Position numbers and translations under genes: made by a program. A DNA stretch of 64,000 nucleotides from Granulicella sp. (GTDB lineage Bacteria > Acidobacteriota > Terriglobia > Terriglobales > Acidobacteriaceae): positions 31,410 through 95,409 of the forward strand of contig PLHC01000062.1 in assembly GCA_003138795.1 (NCBI GenBank). The letters are read 5' to 3'. This document shows positions 45,421 through 53,631 of this stretch, one piece after another (position 1 is the first letter of the stretch; every line of letters begins with the position of its first letter). The notes beneath the pieces are model-generated. The model saw only the letters and a program-made list of their open reading frames with translations. It was not told the DNA's origin and did no database searches.

Positions 45421-46701
45421 TCAATTAACTTCCAACGAGGTTTCGAACACGTTCTGCGGGAGGAAGATACCCGCGAGTTGGAGGCGTTCGAGGAACCTGG
45501 GACGGATGTGGCTCGGCGCGAATACGCCAACTACCTTGCCGTCGGGTCCGATCCCCTTCTTATTAAATGTGAAGATCTCCTGCATGCTGATGATGCTTTC
45601 TTCCATGCCGGTGATCTCGGTGATGCTCACGACCTTGCGGCTGCCGTCGCTCATACGAGAGATTTGGACGACCAAGCTGAGAGCTGAGGCGATCTGCTGA
45701 CGAACTGCCTTTTCTGTCAGATTCAAACTGCTCATCGCGACCATCGATTCGAGTCTCGCGAGGGCATCGCGCGGTGTGTTTGCATGAATCGTAGCCATCG
45801 AACCTTCGTGACCGGTATTCATGGCCTGAAGCATGTCGAACGCTTCTTCTCCACGTACTTCACCTAAAATAATGCGATCTGGGCGCATTCGGAGGCAGTT
45901 GATAAGCAGTTGACGCTGGCGGATCGCCCCTTGCCCTTCGATGTTGGGCGGGCGGGTTTCGAGGCGCACGATATTTTCCTGCGCGAGCTGCAGTTCGGCC
46001 GCGTCTTCAATGGTGATGACACGTTCATTTTGCGGAATATTCCGTGACAGGATGTTCAGTAACGTAGTTTTGCCGGCGCCGGTGCCACCGGAAATCAAAA
46101 TGCTGAGCCGCGCGCGCGCTGCGGCTGATAGCACTTCCATCATTTCCACCGAAAGACTCTTCAGCTCTACCAGTTGGTTAGCAGCTATAGGGCCTGTACC
46201 AAAGCGACGGATAGACAAGGAAGGACCATCAAGCGCCAGCGGTGGAATGATGGCATTGACACGTGAACCATCGGGCAGGCGAGCATCGACCATCGGCGAG
46301 GCCTCATCGACTCTGCGGCCGACGCGCGACACAATGCGGTCGATGATCTGCAACAGGTGACGATCATCGCGAAATACTGTATCGACCCTCTGCAGCCTTC
46401 CGGCACGCTCAACAAACACTTTATCTTTGCCATTTACTAGAATGTCTGAAATTGTAGGGTCCTTCAGCAATGGCTCCAGCGGACCAAGGCCAAAGACTTC
46501 GTCGAGCAAGTCGGCCTGAATCTGTTCCTGCTCGTCAAAACTCAGCGGTACTCCCTGGTTGTTGATAATCTCGCTAACGATGCCAGCCACCACTTGGCGT
46601 GCGTCGCTGGAGTTGACACGCGACAACTTCTCCAAATCCAGCTTCGAGATCAGGGTCCGATGTACTTCGGATTTGTACTTCTCCAGATTCAGCACTTCCA
46701 C
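45421..46701 (-). CDS. cpaF: Flp pilus assembly ATPase CpaF/TadA
   Basis: T2SS E-type ATPase with Walker [15 protein letters not shown], Asp box, Walker B ([12 protein letters not shown]) and His box ([11 protein letters not shown]). Confidence 0.93.
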   Translation of the reverse strand: MEVLNLEKYKSEVHRTLISKLDLEKLSRVNSSDARQVVAGIVSEIINNQGVPLSFDEQEQIQADLLDEVFGLGPLEPLLKDPTISDILVNGKDKVFVERAGRLQRVDTVFRDDRHLLQIIDRIVSRVGRRVDEASPMVDARLPDGSRVNAIIPPLALDGPSLSIRRFGTGPIAANQLVELKSLSVEMMEVLSAAARARLSILISGGTGAGKTTLLNILSRNIPQNERVITIEDAAELQLAQENIVRLETRPPNIEGQGAIRQRQLLINCLRMRPDRIILGEVRGEEAFDMLQAMNTGHEGSMATIHANTPRDALARLESMVAMSSLNLTEKAVRQQIASALSLVVQISRMSDGSRKVVSITEITGMEESIISMQEIFTFNKKGIGPDGKVVGVFAPSHIRPRFLERLQLAGIFLPQNVFETSLEVN

Positions 46702-46733
46702 TGCTACACCATCCGTAAAAACTGAACTCTCAA

Positions 46734-47951
46734 CTAAAATAATCCAAACCGCTTCTTTTTTTCAGGATGTGCCGATAGGCCACATGCCGTTCTAGCCATC
46801 TGTAAGATCACCCGTGAGATGGCCGAGTCATTCAGCGCAAGCGGGGTGGCTGTGCTCTGCGTCCCCCGGGCAGTGGCGGAATCGTTGGGAATTCTCCACT
46901 GCGCCGGCCTGGTGAGCGCCTTCGTAATCTGTCCTTCATCAACGCCCAGCGAGGAAGGTATATATCGGTTGACAACGATCTCGAGTTTGGTAGGATCTGC
47001 CGTAAAGAATTCTGAAATTAGGCGATTTGAGTTACGCAGTTCGGGAATACCCACCTGGGTGACCAGGTAGAACATGGCATCTTCTTTGAAGAGAGACGTA
47101 CCGGCTATATCGAGTCTTGATCCCGAATCGACCACCACAAAGTCGAAGTCCTGCCGCGCGACGGCCAGCAGTTTATCAATGGCGTCCTTAGAAGCCTGGA
47201 CGTTAGTGAATTTCCCTGGAGCTGTGAGCACAGATAACCCTGAGCTATATTTGACGACCAACATGGAGAGAAAAGTCGAATCCAGTCGGTTGAAATTCTG
47301 AAGAGCATCGACTGTCGAGTATTGAGCGCTGATCCCAAGACTAAGCGCAATGTCACCGAGTGGCAGATCGAGATCGATCAACAGCGTTTTCTTACCGGAT
47401 TCCCGGGCAAGCAATATCGCAAAGTTGCAGGCGAGAGTCGTGACCCCGGAGCCGCCCTTAGCGCCAAAAAATACAAACAGCCTGCCACCCGTATTTTTAG
47501 TGGCTAGAACTGCTGGACGGCGGGCCGAGGCCCGAACCAGAGCCTCGTCTATGGCTCCAGAGGAGAAGGGTTGCAGAAATTCCCGAGCGCCCGCCCGCAT
47601 GCAACGGATCATTAATTCAGGATCGCCCTGCGCCGAATAGACCATCACCGTTGCAGAGCTTTTGCCGCATATGCTCTCCACCAGATCGAGAGCGTATTCC
47701 GGATTAGTGTCCAGGTCGATGATGACGACGTCGTAATTCTGCTCAATCAACCTTGGCACATCGTCGAGTTCGGGATAGGAAGAAAACTCCCGGGTGAGGC
47801 CAGACAGCGGTCCGGCAAGGGCAGCGGCTACCGCCTTGCGCCGCTGCGTATCCGGACCAATCAGCGCAATGGATAAGGCATTCGAGCCCATCGCATCGAG
47901 ATTCTGAATACTTGATATCACGGAATCGATACTCCCTGCTGCTTGCAACAT
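46734..47951 (-). CDS. cpaE: CpaE/TadZ pilus-localisation ATPase (receiver-like N-domain plus MinD/ParA-type ATPase)
   Basis: Atypical receiver-like N-terminus ([13 protein letters not shown]..., [25 protein letters not shown]) and deviant Walker [15 protein letters not shown]. Confidence 0.85.
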   Translation of the reverse strand: MLQAAGSIDSVISSIQNLDAMGSNALSIALIGPDTQRRKAVAAALAGPLSGLTREFSSYPELDDVPRLIEQNYDVVIIDLDTNPEYALDLVESICGKSSATVMVYSAQGDPELMIRCMRAGAREFLQPFSSGAIDEALVRASARRPAVLATKNTGGRLFVFFGAKGGSGVTTLACNFAILLARESGKKTLLIDLDLPLGDIALSLGISAQYSTVDALQNFNRLDSTFLSMLVVKYSSGLSVLTAPGKFTNVQASKDAIDKLLAVARQDFDFVVVDSGSRLDIAGTSLFKEDAMFYLVTQVGIPELRNSNRLISEFFTADPTKLEIVVNRYIPSSLGVDEGQITKALTRPAQWRIPNDSATARGTQSTATPLALNDSAISRVILQMARTACGLSAHPEKKKRFGLF

Positions 47952-48015
47952 TCCTTCGGATTAACCTCAAATAAATAGATCGCGTTTGGACCAGGCATAG
48001 TGTGTATTCTTGTCG

Positions 48016-48537
48016 TCAACGAGAAAAGAAGGAAAGCAGTGTTCCAATCGCGATGGCCGGAGCGTATGGCATTTTGCGCGTGAGTGGATTGGCTAGAACC
48101 AACTCCGGATGAGGACGCATTCCCCGCTGCTTCAAACCGAAGAGGAGTTCGCCCGACCCCTTAAACAAGTCTCCAAGAAATCCACCGCACAGACCCCAGC
48201 ACAGAGCCATAACACCCCCGGCAAGACCGGTGATAACCAGTGCAAGTAGCAATTGAGCCGGGCCGATCCAAGCACCTATAGCCGCGCACAACTTCACGTC
48301 ACCCATGCCCATGCCGCCCATCCAGAAGAGAATTCCAAAAAACAGGGTGCCAAGTCCCAGACCGCCAAGACTTTGGCCGATCCCATGCCAGCCATGAAGC
48401 CAGCCGGAGACTGCAACCCCCGCGAGCATAAATGGGAGCACTAGCCAATTCGGGATACGGCGGCTGCGCAGATCCGTGAAGATCGCCACAGCGAGAACAA
48501 TGAGAGTTGGCCACCAGGCGATCGAATGCATACCCAT
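48016..48537 (-). CDS. cpaA: prepilin peptidase CpaA/TadV (A24 family, no methyltransferase domain)
   Basis: 173 aa, polytopic. FTDLRSRRIPNWLV and GMGMGDVKL carry the two catalytic Asp regions of A24 peptidases. Confidence 0.85.
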   Translation of the reverse strand: MGMHSIAWWPTLIVLAVAIFTDLRSRRIPNWLVLPFMLAGVAVSGWLHGWHGIGQSLGGLGLGTLFFGILFWMGGMGMGDVKLCAAIGAWIGPAQLLLALVITGLAGGVMALCWGLCGGFLGDLFKGSGELLFGLKQRGMRPHPELVLANPLTRKMPYAPAIAIGTLLSFFSR

Positions 48538-48555
48538 GCTCCTTCCTCCAGCGAT

Positions 48556-48723
48556 TCAGAAAATATTTATATGAAAGCAAGAACGAGCTACGCCCCTCGC
48601 GAGTAGAAATGGGGGCACCAGCCAGTTCGGAATGAAGTGGTCGCGAGTATCCGCTAAGATTGGCGCAGAGATAGCCGTCGCAGCAGCGCCCCTGAGGACT
48701 TGCCGCCAGATGATCGACTGCAT
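48556..48723 (-). pseudogene. truncated cpaA-like N-terminal fragment (55 codons)
   Basis: Own translation: MQSIIWRQVLRGAAATAISAPILADTRDHFIPNWLVPPFLLARGVARSCFHINIF*. It aligns with the CpaA N-terminus (MHSIAWWPTLIVLAVAIFTDLRSRRIPNWLVLPFMLAGVAVSG). AAGGAG lies upstream of the ATG. Confidence 0.5.
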
Positions 48724-48767
48724 GCTGAGACTCCTTTCCCTCCCAATTCGGTTAATAATTAGGTAAA

Positions 48768-48783
48768 AGCAATCCTGGGGCCA
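48768..48783 (-). promoter_or_regulatory. sigma-54-type -24/-12 promoter candidate at the head of the cpaA-cpaE-cpaF-tadBC unit
   Basis: Minus strand TGGCCCCAGGATTGCT compared with consensus TGGCAC-N5-TTGCW (GG-N10-GC exact, TTGCT). The -12 GC lies 47 nt upstream of ATG 48723. Confidence 0.6.
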
Positions 48784-48943
48784 ACTCGCCGAAGGCTAGG
48801 AATGCCTGAATTCAGCGATTTAGGGGTCTGCCGTCGAGGCCGGTGTGCACGGATGTTTACTATCATAATCACCCAGTGATGCTGCGTATACACCCTGATA
48901 GGATAATCACGGAGCGCGAGGGAGCAGAAGCACTGACAGAATT

Positions 48944-49177
48944 TCAAATGGACGAGTGACAAACTGGTGGCCTGCCATATAGATGCAGCGATGAAGGACT
49001 GTCCCGAGACAGCATGTTTTCCAGTAGCCAAAGGAAGAGCAAGCCCCGGCGGCGTGAATGACCGCGATTGAAGCGGAAGGCAAATTCATCGAGATATGCG
49101 TCCCGATGCTCCGCAGTAATCGGCCCCTGATAGGCACCGAAGAACCAGCGCTTGAGGAGTGAAGCAACGCTATGCGC
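48944..49177 (-). pseudogene. IS1595-family transposase, C-terminal fragment
   Basis: Own translation: AHSVASLLKRWFFGAYQGPITAEHRDAYLDEFAFRFNRGHSRRRGLLFLWLLENMLS... matches the IS1595/ISXO2-like tail pattern (LKRW..G..HG.....HL..YLDEF.FRFNRR....RG.LF). Confidence 0.6.
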
Positions 49178-49259
49178 CTAGGCATGGAGACGCGTGATGG
49201 GTCTTCTGTACGAGGCCGTGACCGCATCCTCCGGCTTCAGATCAGAAGTCGAGCTCTCC

Positions 49260-49297
49260 GTGATGGGAAAGCTGCTTGGTGATGGGAAAGCTGCTTG
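49260..49297. repeat. exact 19-bp tandem duplication
   Basis: GTGATGGGAAAGCTGCTTG occurs twice in tandem inside the IS remnant patch. Confidence 0.9.
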
Positions 49298-49299
49298 GC

Positions 49300-49420
49300 C
49301 ATCACAGCAATTTAGTCGGGTGCGTTCGGAATCACCAAGGAACCGCACAGGGCCATTCCTGCCCTCCTCCGCGATGCTGATGGAAATGGTCTCCTTGTGA
49401 ACGTTCATGCCGATGAACGA
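49300..49420 (-). pseudogene. IS110-family transposase, N-terminal fragment
   Basis: ORF 49178..49732(-) contains SFIGMNVHKETISISIAEEGRNGPVRFLG, the characteristic IS110 (DEDD) N-terminus (.IG.DVHK.T.......). There is no continuation of the domain. Confidence 0.5.
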
Positions 49421-49484
49421 TCTGGTCTGTATACGTCTTCTCCACCTCCGAACAGGAACGCTGAAAGCGGAGTTCTCGGCTCTA

Positions 49485-49870
49485 GAAAAGCCATACATGC
49501 TTTGGCGACAATACTGCGATGGCGATCGCAACGATGAACTTGCTGCTCGCGCCATGCCCGCGAACGCCCTGCTCGATGCCGCCCACATACGTCTCGTCGA
49601 CTTCGACCGAACCGTGGAGACGATTCCGCCCTGGCCGCACCATGGCCGCGCGCAACTTCCGCAACATGGGCCAGGCAGTTTGATAACTTCCCAGTCCCAA
49701 CAACCGCTGCAGCCCGAGCGCGCGTACCCCATGCTTTTGGTCAGCTATGTACCAGCCCGCGGCAAACCATTCCTGGAGGAGGATACGGCTGTGATCGCCA
49801 CCTTCCAGCGTACGGAGGAAAACGGTCCCCGAAAATAGCGAATCAGTTAATGATTGCTGTATTGAGGCAA
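49485..49870 (-). pseudogene. IS1595-family transposase, N-terminal/middle fragment
   Basis: ORF 49482..49922(-): SGTVFLRTLEGGDHSRILLQEWFAAGWYIADQKHGVRALGLQRLLGLGSYQTAWPMLRKLRAAMVRPGRNRLHGSVEVDETYVGG is the typical IS1595 segment. The zinc-ribbon N-terminus and the DDE core are missing. Confidence 0.6.
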
Positions 49871-49982
49871 CCAATGCATAAGCACAATAGGTATTAGTAC
49901 TTAAGTGTATACAGATGATCACCGACGATTGTACGAATGTATGCTACCTTTGCTTTGCAAATCAAAGAAAGCAGGTTCCTAG

Positions 49983-51404
49983 ATGATCCGCGTCGGTCTC
50001 TATTCGCAGGATTGCACGTTGCAGCCGCTTCTTGCTTCTGCATTGGGTAAGGAATTCCAGTTTTTCTTCGTCTCAGATGAGACCGGAATCAATCGCCTGC
50101 TCTCTACCGGAAATTGCAATGTCATGATTTTCGATCTGAACTCAAATCATGCTTCATTGCAGGAGGGTATTGAATGCGCCCGGCGCATGACCACATCACA
50201 GGTTTCCAGCGTGATCATGGCTGATGATCGCCTTCGGTCGACCGCTGCCGAACTTGTTCGGCAAGGCGCCTACGGCTACTGCCATAGACCACCCTCCATT
50301 CGCGATCTAAGGATTATGCTGCGCCGGGCGAACGAGAACTCTTCGCTCAAGCAGCCACTCGACGCCACACCGCAACTGCCGGAGAGCACAAGCGATTGCG
50401 ACCGGATGGTCGGGGCCAGCCCCCAGATGCAGCACGTTTATTATCTGGTACGTTCTGTAGCGAATATTAATGCACCCGTGCTTGTGACCGGAGAAAGTGG
50501 CACGGGTAAAGAACTAGTCGCCCGCGCCATCCACAGCCTAGGTGCGCGCTCCAATTTTCCCTTTGTCGCTATTGCCTGTGGAGCAATCCCTGAAACTCTG
50601 ATTGAGGCCGAGTTGTTCGGGCATGAAAAGGGCGCGTTCACAGGCACAGTTGGGTCACGCGAAGGTTACTTCGAGCAGGCAGGTGATGGCTCGCTTTTCC
50701 TCGATGAGATCGGAGATCTAAGCCTATATACGCAGGTCAAACTTCTGCGCGTTCTGCAGCAGCGCGAATTCAGCCGACTGGGCAGTAACAGGCTTATCCC
50801 ATTGCGGGCGCGCGTGATTTTCGCCACGCATAAGAACCTAGCTGAAATGGTGGCCCAGGGGACATTCCGTCAGGATCTTTATTACCGCATCAACGTCATG
50901 GGGGTTGAAGTACCGCCCCTCCAAGAGCATTCCGAAGATATTCCTCAGATTGCCACGCATTTCCTGCGGCACTATTCGCAGATGTATCAAAAGCCGATGC
51001 AGGATATTGAGCCAGATGCTCTGGCCATGCTCCAAAGATATCCCTGGCCCGGAAATGTACGCGAACTGGAAAATGTGATTCAGAGGGCGATCATCCTCGC
51101 CCAGGGAGACATACTTCAGGTGGAAGATTTGCCCCTGAATATACAGGACGAACTTATAGCCAGCATCGACGACGGCCTGCCTATAGGTTCTTTCGAACGA
51201 CAACTTCGCGACTATAAGATCAGACTGGCCGCAACAGCCATTCGGGAGAACAATGGGAACAAGACGCTGGCCGCCCGCAGTTTGTGCATTTCGCGGGCTT
51301 ATTTGCATCGGTTGATCCGACCTGAGGTAGACCCAACATTGACACTGGTGGCGAATTCAGAATTTGAGGAATCAGCCTTGGGCTGCGGGACATTCTCGGG
51401 GTGA
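49983..51404 (+). CDS. sigma-54-dependent transcriptional activator (receiver-like N-domain, AAA+ sigma-54 interaction domain, Fis-type HTH)
   Basis: Walker A VTGESGTGKELVARAIH, GAFTGT loop (EKGAFTGT), Walker B SLFLDEIGDL, ESELFGHE-type ELFGHE, and C-terminal HTH NKTLAARSLCISRAYLHRLI. Confidence 0.9.
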   Translation: MIRVGLYSQDCTLQPLLASALGKEFQFFFVSDETGINRLLSTGNCNVMIFDLNSNHASLQEGIECARRMTTSQVSSVIMADDRLRSTAAELVRQGAYGYCHRPPSIRDLRIMLRRANENSSLKQPLDATPQLPESTSDCDRMVGASPQMQHVYYLVRSVANINAPVLVTGESGTGKELVARAIHSLGARSNFPFVAIACGAIPETLIEAELFGHEKGAFTGTVGSREGYFEQAGDGSLFLDEIGDLSLYTQVKLLRVLQQREFSRLGSNRLIPLRARVIFATHKNLAEMVAQGTFRQDLYYRINVMGVEVPPLQEHSEDIPQIATHFLRHYSQMYQKPMQDIEPDALAMLQRYPWPGNVRELENVIQRAIILAQGDILQVEDLPLNIQDELIASIDDGLPIGSFERQLRDYKIRLAATAIRENNGNKTLAARSLCISRAYLHRLIRPEVDPTLTLVANSEFEESALGCGTFSG

Positions 51405-51467
51405 AATCATCGGCGGAAGTGTTGAAGATTAAGCCATTCCGGGTTCTGGCAAAAAGGTAGGCTGAGC

Positions 51468-52892
51468 ATGACAAGGACGCGTCGGATTGGCCTGTTTTGG
51501 CTGTTGCTGTGCAGCGGGATATTCGTTGTATGGGGTTCTGTTGTAGAAAGCACCTCGCCTGCCGGGATGATCGACTTTAGGGCGGTTTACTACGGCACGC
51601 AATGCCTAATTCAACATAGAGATCCTTACAAAGAGGGCGAGTTTCTGCGTGTGTACCAGGCAGATGGAGGGCAATTCCCATCGGACCCCACGCTATCTCG
51701 TACGTTTCGCCGGGCTGTACCCGTGTGCATCAATCTACCGACCTCACTGTTTCTCATCGCTCCTTTTGCAATTTTGGCCTGGGGGCCGGCACACGTGCTG
51801 TGGATAATCCTGCTAGCCGGATGCCTCATCTTTGCCGCTTTCCTTATGTGGGACCTCGCGGAGAACTATGCGCCGGGAATTTCGCTCTTTTTGATTTGCA
51901 TCTTGCTTGCCAACAGCGAAGTCCTATTTTTAAGTGGCAATTTAGCTGGGATCGCCATAAGTCTCTGTGTGGTGGCCGTCTGGTGTTTCATTAAGGGACG
52001 GTTTGTACCGGCCGGCGTCCTATGCCTTGCTGTCAGCTTCGCATTGAAGCCCCACGACGCGGGCCTCGTCTGGCTCTATTTCCTGCTGGCGGGCGCGCCC
52101 CATCGGAAACGCGCACTGCAAACCCTCGTTGTGACTCTTGTCCTGTGTCTGCCGGCCATCCTGTGGGTCTCGCACGTCGCGCCGCATTGGACTCAGGAGT
52201 TGCACTCCAATCTTCTGTCGACCTCGGCGCATGGCGATATCAACGACCCTGGTCCCACTTCCATCTCTGGCCATACCGCCGACCTGGTAATAGACTTGCA
52301 AACTGTCATAAGCGTCTTCCGTGATGATCCGCGCATCTACAATCCGGTCAGCTATCTTGTATGCGGAGCACTCCTGCTCGTATGGTCGCTCAAAACTCTG
52401 AAGTCACGCATCTCGACGACGAGCGCCTGGCTGGCGCTCGCGGCAATCGTACCTCTTACCATGCTCGTGACCTATCATCGGCCGCATGATGCGAAACTCC
52501 TGCTGCTCACTGTTCCAGCCTGCGCAATGTTGTGGGCCGAGGGCGGCCTGATTGGGTGGACTGCACTCCTGGTGAATACAGCGGGGATTGTGTTTACTGG
52601 AGATATTCCGTTGGCAATTCTCTTCATTTACACGAAAAATCTGCACGCGGGCACAGCGGGGTTGCCGGGAAAGATGCTGACCGTTATGTTGACCCGTCCA
52701 TCCCCGCTCATCTTGCTGGCGATGGGAATTTTCTATCTCTGGGTATATGTGCGGCGGGCTCCCGCCCGAGCCACAACGACGGAGCATGAATGGCCGGAGG
52801 AGACGCCGATTGCATCCATGACCGCTTACGGAACCTCCTGCATAAGTCCGCACTCGGCGCCCTGTTTGGATGAAGTGGTCGGTGGAGGATAG
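51468..52892 (+). CDS. polytopic membrane protein, GT-C-type glycosyltransferase-like (GT87/DUF2029-like)
   Basis: 474 aa with about 11-12 predicted TM helices by eye and a short acidic first loop (DPYKEGEF). The family assignment is tentative. Confidence 0.45.
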   Translation: MTRTRRIGLFWLLLCSGIFVVWGSVVESTSPAGMIDFRAVYYGTQCLIQHRDPYKEGEFLRVYQADGGQFPSDPTLSRTFRRAVPVCINLPTSLFLIAPFAILAWGPAHVLWIILLAGCLIFAAFLMWDLAENYAPGISLFLICILLANSEVLFLSGNLAGIAISLCVVAVWCFIKGRFVPAGVLCLAVSFALKPHDAGLVWLYFLLAGAPHRKRALQTLVVTLVLCLPAILWVSHVAPHWTQELHSNLLSTSAHGDINDPGPTSISGHTADLVIDLQTVISVFRDDPRIYNPVSYLVCGALLLVWSLKTLKSRISTTSAWLALAAIVPLTMLVTYHRPHDAKLLLLTVPACAMLWAEGGLIGWTALLVNTAGIVFTGDIPLAILFIYTKNLHAGTAGLPGKMLTVMLTRPSPLILLAMGIFYLWVYVRRAPARATTTEHEWPEETPIASMTAYGTSCISPHSAPCLDEVVGGG

Positions 52893-52933
52893 CGGCGGCC
52901 TAACAGCAGTAAAGGCGACGGTGGTTCGTATGG

Positions 52934-53426
52934 TCAATTCCCTGCCCGGTTGTCGCCTTGTTCGTCCAGATACAAGATCCTGCAAAGGGTCTGCAAGAGC
53001 GGTTGCTGGCGCTTCAGAATGTATTCTTTCGCTTCAGGGATCGAAAACCAGCGGCCTCGATCAACCTCGGGGATTTGAAGAGTGCGCCCTGAGCGGAGAG
53101 GCCATTCGATTTGGCATAGATTGCTGGTCAGATGGCGAGGATCACAATTCGCCCTCGAAGGCCCATACAGCGACGATCTTCCCTCCCTGCTGCTTGATTG
53201 AACCCAGTTCGAAGAAGAGACCGTGCGCGGTGAATCCCGTTTCCTCGTGAAACTCACGCTTGGCAACTTCGAGTGGCTGTTCGCCTGCCACATACTCGCC
53301 TTTAGGAATTGACCATGCACCCTTATCTTTATTAGCCCAGAATGGACCGCCTGGGTGGACCAGAAATACTTCCAGATGGTTCACTCGGTTCCGGTACATG
53401 ATTAGACCTGCGCTTCGTTTTGGCAT
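52934..53426 (-). pseudogene. NUDIX hydrolase (COG4112-like) interrupted by a frameshift
   Basis: Frame A (53426..53142) has the Nudix box GEYVAGEQPLEVAKREFHEETGF and stops after AFEGEL*. Frame B (ORF 52934..53320) continues with CDPRHLTSNLCQIEWPLRSGRTLQIPEVDRGRWFSIPEAKEYILKRQQPLL, the expected downstream part. The junction lies at about 53142..53155. Confidence 0.6.
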
Positions 53427-53631
53427 CGTGGCTCACCGTCTGTCGGACTGTCGCACTTGCTGGAATGAGTAGACTTGGCCCCCATATGCGCTTTCCCTTC
53501 ATACGCTCGCTCATCCTCAAGACCTACGCCGACGCCCTGCCCCACACCCGGCTCATCACCCCCCTCGCGAAACTCAACACCTAGCATTCGCTCGACCGTT
53601 TACTCCCTACGCTCTACTCGCTGCCTCGGCC

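Larger units (their letters stand above)
48944..49870 (-). mobile_element. patch of degraded insertion-sequence remnants (split IS1595-family transposase with an IS110-family fragment between the pieces)
   Basis: See the three pseudogene sub-features below. No intact transposase ORF or recognisable terminal repeats were found. Confidence 0.65.
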
